Shown here: positions 10,656 to 20,615 of the stretch, one piece after another
Layout of the letters: each line of letters begins with the position of its first letter
Numbering within the stretch: the stretch's first letter is position 1
Virus record (IMG/VR): IMGVR_UViG_3300027518_000004
Strand: one strand, 5' to 3'
Origin: a virus
DNA length: 64,000 nucleotides
The notes under the pieces: model-generated
Databases searched by the model: none
Seen by the model: the letters and a program-made list of their open reading frames with translations, nothing else
What the model was told of the DNA's origin: nothing
Translations under genes and position numbers: made by a program

Positions 10656-13076
10656 ATGAAAAGACTTTCAGAGGATCATAAAGAAATCCAATCAGGTAAA
10701 AAACTAGATGATGAGGGGTATATGGCTCAAATTGAACTAGATAAAATTCTACAATCTGTTAATAAATTAAAAAAAGTTATTAAAACTTCTGATCATCAAA
10801 TCCCAGCATGGGTTCAATCAAAAATTACAAAGGCTTCTGATTATCTAGATATTGCTGCTGATTATCTTTCTTCTGATGTTGAGATGGATGAAAATACCTC
10901 GTTCACTATTAATCCTGAGTCTCATAAAACAACTGCTAGAAAACAAAGATTGGTTAAAAAAATTGAAAACGCGCCAACTTCGTCGCAAGAACAACTACCT
11001 AATGTAAAAAAACTTGGGCCAAGACTCCCAAAGTTTGAAGAGACTTCTCTTGTTGATAAAATCCTGGCTGAAATGATGGGTGATAAGCCAGGATGTGATA
11101 CAAAAAAGCCAAAAAAGCTAAATGCAATTGCAAAAAAACATAAAGTCTCCATTGAATCACTTGAAAAGCAATTGCAAAAGGGTATAAAGGTTGAAATGGA
11201 GCATACAAAAAATAAAGATCTAGCAGTAACTATTGCACTACATCATCTAGATGAAATTCCTGATTATTATTCTAGGCTTAATAAGATGGAAAAAGGTGTG
11301 CAGATGAATGAAGAAAATAAATCTGGAGATTCTAATCTAAGAGATTGGTTTAAAAAATCTAGTGGGAAAGATCCTAAAACGGGTAAAAAAGTTCCTGGGT
11401 GGGTTCAGATTGGCGGTCCTTATGCTGGGGCTCCTTGTGCTCGCCAACCTGAACAAAAATCTACCCCAAAATGCGGTAGTTCTAAGATGGCAGCAAACTT
11501 ATCAGATGAGGAAGAAAAAAAAGCATTTAACAGAAAAAATAGAAAGGATCCAAATCAACCAGAAAAGACTGGTTCAGCAAAACCAACTTATGTAAAAACC
11601 GAACTTGAAGAAAAAGAAGGAAAAAAAGATGCCTGCTATCATAAAGTAAAATCTAGATATCGAGTATGGCCAAGTGCCTACGCTTGCGTCCCAGAAAAAA
11701 CATCTAAGGCGTTATGTAAAGATGGGTGGAAAACAGTAAATGAATTAAAAGTTGGTGATAAAATACTAACATATAATATGGAAAAAGATATATTAGAATT
11801 TAAGCCAGTATTAAATATTCATCGCTATCAAGATGTAAAAACAAAAGTATTACGAAGTGGCAATACCGGATTTGTATTTGAGTCAACTGATAATCATAAA
11901 TGGGTGGTAAAATTACCAGAATCAAAATCAACTAGAATAAGCAAATATAATAAAGTAAATAATATGACTTTAATTGAGACTAGTGATCTATTAAAAAATA
12001 AAAATAACAAACATTTAGTTGTTGCAGCAGAATATAACTTAGGACAACCTACTAAAAAAAATATATTTTACAAATATGGAGATAACTGGATAGAATATAT
12101 TTTAAACATTAGCCCAGAACAACGTCAAACGTGGTTGTTTAGCGCCATAGTATATGATGGTAATCAAAAACGAGTGGAAAGATTAACTGAACAACAAGAG
12201 GGAGTTAGCGATCTAGATTATATCTATACAAGTCCAAACGGAAACCAATCGTTCGGATTTAAGCAAAAAGATACAGAACATCGTGATGCATTTTTATTAG
12301 CAGCATTTTTAAATGGCGGTACGGTAACATGGAAAGAACATGCAACTAATCCAATATATTGTTGTCATTATGTTAGTAATAAACGGTATAAAAATACTAG
12401 TAATTTACGTTTAGTTGAGGAAAATATTGCTGATGTGTGGTGCCCAGAAACAGAAAACAGCACCTGGGTGATGATGCAGGAAACCAATAGTAATGGAATT
12501 ATTACAATAACTGGTAATAGTGGTGCATTGGTTAAATGCCGTAAAGTTGGAGCAGATAACTGGGGTAAAACAGTAGATGAGGCAACAACTCGTCTTCCAA
12601 TGCAAACTGGTCAATTACTCAGAGTTCTTGTCAATTGGAGGGGGAAATACATGTCTGCCCAAATGTTTTTCCCTCAATTAGGAACTCCTAAGAGAGATGA
12701 AATCATTTATGCTGTAAATAAAATTTATCCTGATGCAAGATTGATTAGTTATGTCCCATGTGAAATGGATGCAAATACTCCTATTGTTCAAGTAAAAGAA
12801 GAATCTGAACTTAGTGAAGATTGGCAAAAAGTTAATAAAAAAGATAGAGTCGATGGAATGAGTCAAAAAGCCGTTAATACTTATCGTAGAGAAAATCCTG
12901 GCTCAAAATTGCAAACAGCCGTAACAGAAAAAAATCCTACTGGAAAAAGAAAGAAAAGAAGAAAAAATTATTGTGATAGATCAAAAGGTCAACAAGAAAT
13001 GCATAATATTGATTGCTCTAAAACCCCAGATAAACCAATTTGTAAAGCAAGGCGTCGTTGGAAGTGTAAAAATTAA
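10656..13076 (+). CDS. 806-aa modular protein (DUF5661-, DUF5872- and DUF6321-like modules) containing an intein
   Basis: Recognisable modules: KGIKVEMEHT...HLDEIPDYYSRL; DACYHKVKSRYRVWPSAYA/SGALVKCRKVG; and DWQKVNKKD...KARRRWKC. An intein interrupts the second module. Confidence 0.85.
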   Translation: MKRLSEDHKEIQSGKKLDDEGYMAQIELDKILQSVNKLKKVIKTSDHQIPAWVQSKITKASDYLDIAADYLSSDVEMDENTSFTINPESHKTTARKQRLVKKIENAPTSSQEQLPNVKKLGPRLPKFEETSLVDKILAEMMGDKPGCDTKKPKKLNAIAKKHKVSIESLEKQLQKGIKVEMEHTKNKDLAVTIALHHLDEIPDYYSRLNKMEKGVQMNEENKSGDSNLRDWFKKSSGKDPKTGKKVPGWVQIGGPYAGAPCARQPEQKSTPKCGSSKMAANLSDEEEKKAFNRKNRKDPNQPEKTGSAKPTYVKTELEEKEGKKDACYHKVKSRYRVWPSAYACVPEKTSKALCKDGWKTVNELKVGDKILTYNMEKDILEFKPVLNIHRYQDVKTKVLRSGNTGFVFESTDNHKWVVKLPESKSTRISKYNKVNNMTLIETSDLLKNKNNKHLVVAAEYNLGQPTKKNIFYKYGDNWIEYILNISPEQRQTWLFSAIVYDGNQKRVERLTEQQEGVSDLDYIYTSPNGNQSFGFKQKDTEHRDAFLLAAFLNGGTVTWKEHATNPIYCCHYVSNKRYKNTSNLRLVEENIADVWCPETENSTWVMMQETNSNGIITITGNSGALVKCRKVGADNWGKTVDEATTRLPMQTGQLLRVLVNWRGKYMSAQMFFPQLGTPKRDEIIYAVNKIYPDARLISYVPCEMDANTPIVQVKEESELSEDWQKVNKKDRVDGMSQKAVNTYRRENPGSKLQTAVTEKNPTGKRKKRRKNYCDRSKGQQEMHNIDCSKTPDKPICKARRRWKCKN
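11685..12518 (+). mobile_element. Intein (278 aa, residues 344-621) with a partial LAGLIDADG-like domain
   Basis: Starts CVPEKTSKALCKDGWKTVNELKVGD (block A). Block B is ESTDNHKW, block F is DVWCPETENSTW, and it ends ITGN followed by Ser+1. Removal restores WPSAYA|SGALVKC. The central region has SPEQRQTWLFSAIVYDG. Confidence 0.9.
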
Positions 13077-13085
13077 TTAATTATT

Positions 13086-15185
13086 ATGTCTGAAACTCGA
13101 TACATGGGAAATCCGCTCCTAAAAAGAGCGAATGTTACCAATGAATTTACTCAAGAACAATTAATAGAATTAGCTAGATGCGCTGCTGATCCTGTTTATT
13201 TTGCTAGAAATTATATTAAAATTGTTAACGTTGATGATGGCCTTGTTCCATTTAATATGTGGCCATTTCAAGAAAAGATGCTTAGAACTTTTCATGAAAA
13301 TAGGTTTAGTATTTGTAAACTCCCTCGTCAGCCGCTAAAAGACAACACTCCAATCCCGACTCCTAATGGTTTTACAAAAATTAGGGATTTAAAAATTGGT
13401 GATTGTGTTTATGATTTATATGGAAAGCAAACAAAAGTTATAAACAAAATAGGCTATAAAAATACCGAAAAATGTTATAAACTTTTATTTAAAGGAAATC
13501 AATTTGAAGAAGAAATTATTTGCGATAAAGATCACTTCTGGAGAGTATATTTTGATGATACTTCTGTAGTACTGACAGCAGAACAAATTTATTATCTAAA
13601 AAAAGAAATTTTTCTAAAAAGACAATCGTTTAATACATTAGTTGATAATTGGAATGAAGTAATACAATTAATATCAATAGAAGAAGTTAAACCAACTAGT
13701 GTTTCATGTATTGAAGTAGAAAATAAAGATCATTCTTTTTTATGTGGTAAGAATTTTATACCTACAATTAATTCGGGAAAGTCAACAACGACAGTTTCTT
13801 TCCTTTTACATTATGCTATTTTCAACGAAAAAGCATCAATAGCAATTCTTGCGAATAAACAATCGTCAGCAAAGGATATTATTTCAAGACTTCAAGTATC
13901 TTTTGAGAACTTACCAGACTGGATGCAGCCCGGTGTAAAATCTTGGAATAAAACTTCGGTAGAGTTAGATAATGGATCTAAAATTATTACCGCATCAACA
14001 TCCGCTTCTTCCGTTCGGGGTGGTTCATATAATGTTATTTTTCTAGACGAATTTGCATTCGTACCTAATAATATTGCACTGAATTTTATGAATTCAGTAT
14101 ATCCCACAATTTCTTCTGGTAGAGAAACAAAGGTTATAATCTGTTCGACGCCGCAAGGCATGAATTATTTCTATAAAATGTGGGATGAATCTATAAAAAG
14201 ACTGAATGATTACATTCCATTAGAAATTAACTGGAATGATGTTCCAGGAAGAGACGAAGAATGGAAACAAAAAACTATTAATAACCTAGGTGGAGGGCAA
14301 ACTGGTCAAAGAGCCTTTGACCAAGAATTCTCTTGCTCCTTCCTCGGATCATCAGACACCTTAATTTCTGGCGTAAAACTTCAAACATTAACTCATACTA
14401 AACCAATAAAAACTAAAAACTCTTTGGATACTTATGAAGAACCAATTGATGAACATCAATACATGATAACTGTTGATGTTGCGAGAGGAGTTGATCTTGA
14501 TTATTCAGCATTTACTGTTATTGACATAACAAAAATGCCTTACAAAATGGTTGCCAAATATAGAGATAATAATATAAAACCAATTATGTTCCCATATATC
14601 GTAAAAGATGTTGGACTTCACTATAATAAAGCATTTGTTTTATGTGAGACAAATGATGTTGGAGATCAAGTTGCTAATGCGCTCCAATATGATTTAGAAT
14701 ATCCTAATCTTTTAACTTGCTTTATTAAAGGAAGACAGGGGCAAATTCTGGGGCAAGGTTTTGGGGGAGCCAGGGTAGAATATGGTGTTAAGATGTCTAA
14801 AAATGTTAAAAAATTAGGCTCAATTAATTTAAAAATGTTAATTGAAGAAGACAAACTTTTTATTAACGATTATGATACAATTAACGAATTATCAACATTT
14901 ATTCAAAAATCTAATTCATTTATGGCCGAAGAGGGTAAAAATGATGATCTCGTTTCTTGTTTAGTTCTTTTTGCATGGGCCTCGACAAATGAATACTTTA
15001 AAGAAATTACTGATGACGATATAAGAAAAAGATTATTTCAAGAAAAGCAAGAAAATGATGAGAATGATATGCTTCCTATTGGGTTTTTAGAGAATGGCTT
15101 ACAAGAAGAAACTTTTATAGAAAACGATAAAGTTTGGCAAATTGTCCCTAATGAGGAATTAATGGCTCTCTGGAATTACTATTAA
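13086..15185 (+). CDS. gp17: Terminase large subunit gp17 containing a mini-intein
   Basis: Walker A PRQ|SGKST (split by the intein), Walker B IFLDEFAF, nuclease motifs TVDVARG and NDDLV. Confidence 0.96.
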   Translation: MSETRYMGNPLLKRANVTNEFTQEQLIELARCAADPVYFARNYIKIVNVDDGLVPFNMWPFQEKMLRTFHENRFSICKLPRQPLKDNTPIPTPNGFTKIRDLKIGDCVYDLYGKQTKVINKIGYKNTEKCYKLLFKGNQFEEEIICDKDHFWRVYFDDTSVVLTAEQIYYLKKEIFLKRQSFNTLVDNWNEVIQLISIEEVKPTSVSCIEVENKDHSFLCGKNFIPTINSGKSTTTVSFLLHYAIFNEKASIAILANKQSSAKDIISRLQVSFENLPDWMQPGVKSWNKTSVELDNGSKIITASTSASSVRGGSYNVIFLDEFAFVPNNIALNFMNSVYPTISSGRETKVIICSTPQGMNYFYKMWDESIKRLNDYIPLEINWNDVPGRDEEWKQKTINNLGGGQTGQRAFDQEFSCSFLGSSDTLISGVKLQTLTHTKPIKTKNSLDTYEEPIDEHQYMITVDVARGVDLDYSAFTVIDITKMPYKMVAKYRDNNIKPIMFPYIVKDVGLHYNKAFVLCETNDVGDQVANALQYDLEYPNLLTCFIKGRQGQILGQGFGGARVEYGVKMSKNVKKLGSINLKMLIEEDKLFINDYDTINELSTFIQKSNSFMAEEGKNDDLVSCLVLFAWASTNEYFKEITDDDIRKRLFQEKQENDENDMLPIGFLENGLQEETFIENDKVWQIVPNEELMALWNYY
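13332..13772 (+). mobile_element. Class 3 mini-intein (147 aa, residues 83-229), no endonuclease
   Basis: Starts with Pro (PLKDNTPIPTPNG). WCT triad present: DHFW, VSCIEV, PTIN. Ser+1; inserted in the P-loop. Confidence 0.9.
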
Positions 15186-15198
15186 GAACTTATTTTTT

Positions 15199-15205
15199 CT
15201 AAATA
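15199..15205 (+). promoter_or_regulatory. Late promoter CTAAATA (gp18)
   Basis: Intergenic, before the gp18 RBS and ATG. Confidence 0.65.
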
Positions 15206-15234
15206 ATTAATAGCAAATATATAAGGGAGTACAA

Positions 15235-17406
15235 ATGGCTACACCTCAATTATCTCCTGGGGTTCTAATTAGAGAAGTTGATCTTACAGTTGGTCGTGTC
15301 GATAACGTAATTGATAATATTGGCGCGATTGCAGGTCCCTTTCCAACTGGTCCAGTAGAAGAAGCAATTGATATTACAACAGAACAAGATTTAATCAATG
15401 TTTTTGGTAAGCCTCAATCTACTGATTCTCAGTATGAGTATTGGATGAGTGCTTCCTCATTCCTTACTTATGGTGGCGTTTTAAAAGTAGTAAGAACTAG
15501 CGGCTCAAATCTTAGAAACGCAACCGCAGTAAGAAATGCTTCTGGTGTTTCAACTGCCGGTATTGGCGTTACCATCAAAAACTTTGATGACTATGAACTG
15601 AATCATGATTCTGATTCTAAAGATTATGTATTCGCCGCAAAAACTCCTGGCACTTGGGCGAATAATCTAAAAGTTAGTGTTATTGACGACAAAGCGGATC
15701 AAATTCTTCAAGTAACCACCTCTGTTGCTACTTCTTCAGTTGTTGGTCAAGGAGTTACTGCTGCGATCACTAACCAAACTATTCCTGGTATCGGCGTTAC
15801 TACTGTCTTTAATGGCTATCTAAAAGGTATTATCACTGGTGTTGGTACTTCAACTCTTGATGTAAAAATTGTATCTTTAGTCGCTGCTGGAACAACCGTA
15901 GATATTCCAGTAAATTATCAACAAAGAAATCAAGCAGGTTCTTTCCTTGCGGGTAATACTGTAAATGTAACTAACTCTTCTGGTGCGGCGGTTACTTCTC
16001 ATACCCTAACTGAAGTAAGTGACTGGTATGACAATCAATATATTGAATTAACCAATTCAAGGATTCTTTGGAGTTCAATTGCTCCTAAACCAGTTTCAAC
16101 TCAATATGCTTTAGATCGTAACGCTAAAAATGATTCTATTCATGTTGCGATTACTGATGATACAGGTAGCGTTACTGGTATTGCTGGTAATATTCTTGAG
16201 AAGCATCTGTTCCTATCAAAAGCCGAAGATTCAATTTCTGCGGTTAACCCTGCCCAAAGAAATTGGTGGAAGACTTACATTGCTCAGTTTTCTGAATATG
16301 TTTATGTCGGGGACGATCCTTCAGATAATTCAAATGCTAACGAGAAAGTCTATCAAACCGGTTTTAGTTCTGGTTTCGTGGGCCTAACAACTGCTCAAGG
16401 TCAATGGAATAACCCAGCCCAAGGCAAAACTTTCAGTGCAATCGGTAATGTAACTTATAATCTTTCTGGTGGTAAGAACTACACTCTCACTGATGGTTAT
16501 ACTACAACTCTTGGTGATCTAGTAACCGCCTATAGACTATTTTCAAACCGTAATGAGATTGCTGTAGACTTCTTAATTATGGGTCCAAGTCTTGGTAATA
16601 AATTTGAATCTCAGGCTAAGGCTCAAGAGTTAATTTCAATCGCTAATCAGAGAAAAGATTGTATTGCGGTTATTTCACCTCATAGAGGCGATATAGTTGA
16701 TATTACAAACTCTGATACGCAAACAGATAACATAATTGAATTTTTCTCTCCGTTAACCTCTTCATCTTATGCTGTTTTTGATGATAATTATAAGTATACT
16801 TATGATCGATTCAATAACAAGTTCCGTTATATCGCATGTAATGCTGACACTGCGGGCCTAATGGTAAGAACGAATCTCGTTGCTTTCCCTTGGTTCTCCC
16901 CTGCTGGTCAACAAAGAGGTGTTCTCAATAATGCTATTAAACTTGCATACAACGCAAGTAAAGCTCAGAGAGATCAACTTTATCCTTTACGTGTTAACTC
17001 TTATATTAATCAGCCTGGTATTGGCGTTCTTCTCTTTGGTGATAAGACTGCTCTTGGTTATGCTTCTGCTTTTGATCGTATTAATGTTCGTAGACTATTC
17101 CTGACTATTGAACAGGCTATCGAAAGCAGCGCCCAGGCTCAACTATTTGAACTTAATGATGATATCACTAGATCATCCTTTATTAATACCGTAGAGCCTT
17201 ATCTGCGCGATGTTCAAGCCAAGCGAGGAATTATCGACTTCAGGATTATTTGTGATGAGACCAATAACACTCCAGATGTTATTGATAATACTGAATTTAG
17301 GGCTGATATCTTTATTAAACCAGCTAAGGCTATTAATTATGTTACTCTTACCTTTGTCGCTACCAGAACTAGTGCAAGTTTTGAAGAAGTTACCGGTAGA
17401 GTTTAA
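15235..17406 (+). CDS. gp18: Tail sheath protein gp18
   Basis: LSPGVLIREVDLT, PWFSPAG..RG, GDKT...SAFDRINVRRLF motifs. Confidence 0.97.
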   Translation: MATPQLSPGVLIREVDLTVGRVDNVIDNIGAIAGPFPTGPVEEAIDITTEQDLINVFGKPQSTDSQYEYWMSASSFLTYGGVLKVVRTSGSNLRNATAVRNASGVSTAGIGVTIKNFDDYELNHDSDSKDYVFAAKTPGTWANNLKVSVIDDKADQILQVTTSVATSSVVGQGVTAAITNQTIPGIGVTTVFNGYLKGIITGVGTSTLDVKIVSLVAAGTTVDIPVNYQQRNQAGSFLAGNTVNVTNSSGAAVTSHTLTEVSDWYDNQYIELTNSRILWSSIAPKPVSTQYALDRNAKNDSIHVAITDDTGSVTGIAGNILEKHLFLSKAEDSISAVNPAQRNWWKTYIAQFSEYVYVGDDPSDNSNANEKVYQTGFSSGFVGLTTAQGQWNNPAQGKTFSAIGNVTYNLSGGKNYTLTDGYTTTLGDLVTAYRLFSNRNEIAVDFLIMGPSLGNKFESQAKAQELISIANQRKDCIAVISPHRGDIVDITNSDTQTDNIIEFFSPLTSSSYAVFDDNYKYTYDRFNNKFRYIACNADTAGLMVRTNLVAFPWFSPAGQQRGVLNNAIKLAYNASKAQRDQLYPLRVNSYINQPGIGVLLFGDKTALGYASAFDRINVRRLFLTIEQAIESSAQAQLFELNDDITRSSFINTVEPYLRDVQAKRGIIDFRIICDETNNTPDVIDNTEFRADIFIKPAKAINYVTLTFVATRTSASFEEVTGRV

Positions 17407-17439
17407 TTATTATCAAAGTAAACTAAGGAGGACTTAAAA

Positions 17440-18051
17440 ATGACACTTCGCACTATTTCAGAATTTAAAAGCCAGTTAAAAGGTGGCGGCGCACGCCCTA
17501 ATTTATTTGAAGTAACAATTCCACAATTTCCATCTGCTGTGGGTGGAAATTATTGGAATCAAGAAGCTCAAAAAGATTTTAGTTTTTTCTGTGAGGCTAC
17601 TTCAATGCCAGCCTCAACTGTAAACCCGATTGATATTCCATTCAGAGGGCGGGTTCTCAAGGTTGCTGGAGATCGTACTATTGACCTCTGGTCTGTTACG
17701 GTTATTAATGATGAAAATTTTAGAGTTAGAACTGCATTTGAAGCCTGGGCCAATGCTATTAGTAAACTAAATGATGCAACTGGTGTAACTAATCCATCAT
17801 CGTATATGGCTAATACAGCTGAAGTTAAGCAATTAGGTAGGGGCTCTACATTAGAAGCTGATAAAAATACTGGTGGAAAACAGGTTGTATTGAGAACTTA
17901 TAAAGTGTATGATATTTGGCCTTCTTCTGTTGGTCCAATTGACCTTTCTTATTCAGATAATAACAATATCGAACGTTTTACTGTTGATTTCCAGATGCAA
18001 TATTTTGAAATCGGTGCTTCAGGGGACGCCAATAAAGATATTATTAAATAA
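17440..18051 (+). CDS. gp19: Tail tube protein gp19
   Basis: GGGARPNLFEV, IPFRGRVLKVAGDRT motifs. Confidence 0.96.
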   Translation: MTLRTISEFKSQLKGGGARPNLFEVTIPQFPSAVGGNYWNQEAQKDFSFFCEATSMPASTVNPIDIPFRGRVLKVAGDRTIDLWSVTVINDENFRVRTAFEAWANAISKLNDATGVTNPSSYMANTAEVKQLGRGSTLEADKNTGGKQVVLRTYKVYDIWPSSVGPIDLSYSDNNNIERFTVDFQMQYFEIGASGDANKDIIK

Positions 18052-18055
18052 GACA

Positions 18056-18062
18056 CTAAATA
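18056..18062 (+). promoter_or_regulatory. Late promoter CTAAATA (gp20)
   Basis: Intergenic, 21 nt before the ATG. Confidence 0.6.
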
Positions 18063-18083
18063 GAGTATCGTTAAATTTTAATT

Positions 18084-19772
18084 ATGGCAAAGTTATTTGG
18101 ATTCTCTATTAATGATACAACAAAACTAAGCCAAACAGCAGTCTCCCCCATTCCTCAAAATAATGAGGATGGGGTTGACTATTATTTGACTTCTGGTTTT
18201 TTTGGATCCTATGTTGATATTGAGGGAGTTTACAGAACAGAATATGATCTAATTCGCCGGTATCGTGAAATGTCACTTCACCCTGAAGTTGATTCTGCTA
18301 TTGAAGATATTGTAAATGAAGCTATCGTATCTGACTCTAATGACAGCCCAGTACAGATAGAATTATCTAATCTAAATGCTAGTGACGGAATCAAACAAAA
18401 GATAAGAGAAGAATTTAAATATGTTCTTCAGCTTTTAGATTTTGATAAAAAGTGTCATGAAATTTATAGAAACTGGTATGTTGATGGTAGACTTTACTAT
18501 CATAAAGTAATTGACTTTAAAAAACCAGAGCAGGGGATTCAAGAATTAAGATATATTGATAGCCTTAAAATGAGGTATGTAAGGCAAGCAAAGAAAAATA
18601 GCAAAGACAATCTAAAAGTTTTAAATCGAATGGGCGAAGCTGACCCCATGAATCAGTCTTTCCCTGATATCGAAGAGTATTTTGTTTATAATTCAAAACC
18701 TGCTTATCCATTAACAAACACTTCTGTTAGTGCAACCTCTTCTGAGAATGGTAGGAATGATGGCGCCATTAAGTTTGCTAAGGATAGTATTGTTTATTGC
18801 ACATCTGGTTTAGTAGATAGAAATAAAAATACTACTCTTTCTTATCTTAATAAAGCAATCAAATCTCTTAATCAACTAAGAATGATTGAGGATAGCATTG
18901 TAATTTACCGTATGGTAAGGGGAACTGAAAGGAGAATTTTTTATATTGATGTGGGCAATATGCCTAAAGTTAAGGCCGAACAATATCTCAAAGAAACTAT
19001 GATGAGATATAGAAATAAACTTAATTATAATATCGAAACTGGTGAGGTCCAAAATGATAGAAGATTCCAGAGCCTTATGGATGATTACTGGCTACCTCGT
19101 AGAGAAGGTGGCAGAGGAACTGAGGTAACGACTCTTCCTGGTTCCAATAATTTAGGGGAGTTAACTGATCTTAATTATTTCCAAAGAAAATTATATAAAT
19201 CTTTAAATGTTCCATCATCTAGAATAGATGGCGAAAGTGGATTTAACTTGGGCAGATCTTCAGAAATTTTAAGAGACGAAGTTAAATTTTCAAAATTTGT
19301 AGGGAGACTAAGAAAAAGATTTTCAAAATTATTTGTTGATCTTCTTAGAACACAATTAATCCTTAAAAATATTATAACTCCAGAAGATTGGGAATCCATG
19401 TCTGAACATATTCAGTTTGATTTCCTGTATGATAATCATTTTGCCGAACTAAAAGAATCCGAATTATTAACAGAAAGGCTGAATATGGTCTCAATGGCTG
19501 AGCCTTATGTTGGCAGATATTTTTCACAGGATTACTTACGAAGAAAAGTTCTAAGGCAAACTGATGAAGAAATCGTTGAGCAAGATATACTAATTCAAAA
19601 AGAAATTGAAAATGGGGTTATTCCTGATCCATCAATGCAAATAGATCCACAAACAGGTCAACCACTTGCTGAACCTCAAGGGGATAATATTCAAGGGGAT
19701 ATGGGTAAAGTCCCAACCGAACCTGGGGTTGATGCGGGTCCAGTAGAAATGCCGAAAGGCGGCGAGATATAA
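18084..19772 (+). CDS. gp20: Portal protein gp20
   Basis: HPEVDSAIEDIVNE, RRIFYIDVGNMPKVKAEQYL, DYWLPRREGGRGTE motifs. Confidence 0.97.
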   Translation: MAKLFGFSINDTTKLSQTAVSPIPQNNEDGVDYYLTSGFFGSYVDIEGVYRTEYDLIRRYREMSLHPEVDSAIEDIVNEAIVSDSNDSPVQIELSNLNASDGIKQKIREEFKYVLQLLDFDKKCHEIYRNWYVDGRLYYHKVIDFKKPEQGIQELRYIDSLKMRYVRQAKKNSKDNLKVLNRMGEADPMNQSFPDIEEYFVYNSKPAYPLTNTSVSATSSENGRNDGAIKFAKDSIVYCTSGLVDRNKNTTLSYLNKAIKSLNQLRMIEDSIVIYRMVRGTERRIFYIDVGNMPKVKAEQYLKETMMRYRNKLNYNIETGEVQNDRRFQSLMDDYWLPRREGGRGTEVTTLPGSNNLGELTDLNYFQRKLYKSLNVPSSRIDGESGFNLGRSSEILRDEVKFSKFVGRLRKRFSKLFVDLLRTQLILKNIITPEDWESMSEHIQFDFLYDNHFAELKESELLTERLNMVSMAEPYVGRYFSQDYLRRKVLRQTDEEIVEQDILIQKEIENGVIPDPSMQIDPQTGQPLAEPQGDNIQGDMGKVPTEPGVDAGPVEMPKGGEI

Positions 19773-19775
19773 ATA
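19768..19775 (+). promoter_or_regulatory. Late promoter TATAAATA
   Basis: Perfect T4 consensus, overlapping the gp20 stop codon. Confidence 0.7.
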
Positions 19776-19798
19776 CTAAAAGTTCATAATAAAACAAT

Positions 19799-19951
19799 AT
19801 GGAAGAACTAATTAATGCTATTATTGCTGATGAATCTCCTTCACAAATTAGTGACGAGATCAAGAATATTCTATCTATGAAAGCTGTTGACAGGATTGAT
19901 GAATATCGTCCTCAAGTAGCAATGAGTATGTTTAATAATTCAGATGGGTGA
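19799..19951 (+). CDS. Small conserved post-portal protein (50 aa, gp67-like position), not in the ORF track
   Basis: Translated by hand: MEELINAIIADESPSQISDEIKNILSMKAVDRIDEYRPQVAMSMFNNSDG. It follows a late promoter and overlaps the next start. Confidence 0.75.
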   Translation: MEELINAIIADESPSQISDEIKNILSMKAVDRIDEYRPQVAMSMFNNSDG

Positions 19952-20615
19952 TCTTTCTGATTTTTTTGAATTAATATCAGAAGAAAAGAAAAAAGCAAAA
20001 AAAGAGTTGGATGATTTAATTTCTAACTCTTTTGAGGAAACTTTTGTCAGACCATTAACTGAAGAAGTTACCCCCAAACCAAAAATAAAAAGAAATGCTC
20101 CCCGAAAAAAAAAGTCTTTCGGTGAACCAACTCTTATTCAAAAATCTCTTGGTCTACTCGCAGAGCCAATACAAACTAGTAATTCTGATCCATTAACTCC
20201 ACTAAATCAGAAGTTTACTACATTTGATGATTTACAAAAACATTACAAAATTTTTATTGATCGGATTCAACAACAGCTTTCTACTTTAGGTGGAGGTGGT
20301 GAGACTAATTTAACATTTATGGATGTTCCAGTAACGTCCGTAACATCAAATTCTTATTCTATAAAGCCACAAGACTATTATATTGGCGTCAATTATGCCG
20401 GGGCCGTAACAATAACCTTGCCAAAGGCTGAAAGAGAAGGAAAAATTTTTATTGTAAAAGACGAATTAGGTGAGGCCTCAAAAGGAACAAATCGTTATAT
20501 TACAATTTTTCCATTTGGTTCTGATTTAATTGATGGTAGAGACCGAGCTATTCTTGCTTATGACTATGGTAGTTTAACATTTATTTGGAAAGGTAATTCC
20601 TGGAGAGTAGTTTAA
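19944..20615 (+). CDS. Hypothetical, probably virion protein
   Basis: 223 aa; IQQQLSTLGGGGE motif followed by a beta-rich C-terminal domain; within the head operon. Confidence 0.75.
   Translation: MGDLSDFFELISEEKKKAKKELDDLISNSFEETFVRPLTEEVTPKPKIKRNAPRKKKSFGEPTLIQKSLGLLAEPIQTSNSDPLTPLNQKFTTFDDLQKHYKIFIDRIQQQLSTLGGGGETNLTFMDVPVTSVTSNSYSIKPQDYYIGVNYAGAVTITLPKAEREGKIFIVKDELGEASKGTNRYITIFPFGSDLIDGRDRAILAYDYGSLTFIWKGNSWRVV

Noticed and set aside
20108-20125. In-phase A_AAA_AAG inside the 223-aa gene (A9 run)
   Set aside because: The -1 frame stops after three codons and no convincing 3' hairpin or upstream SD is present; most likely just Lys codons.
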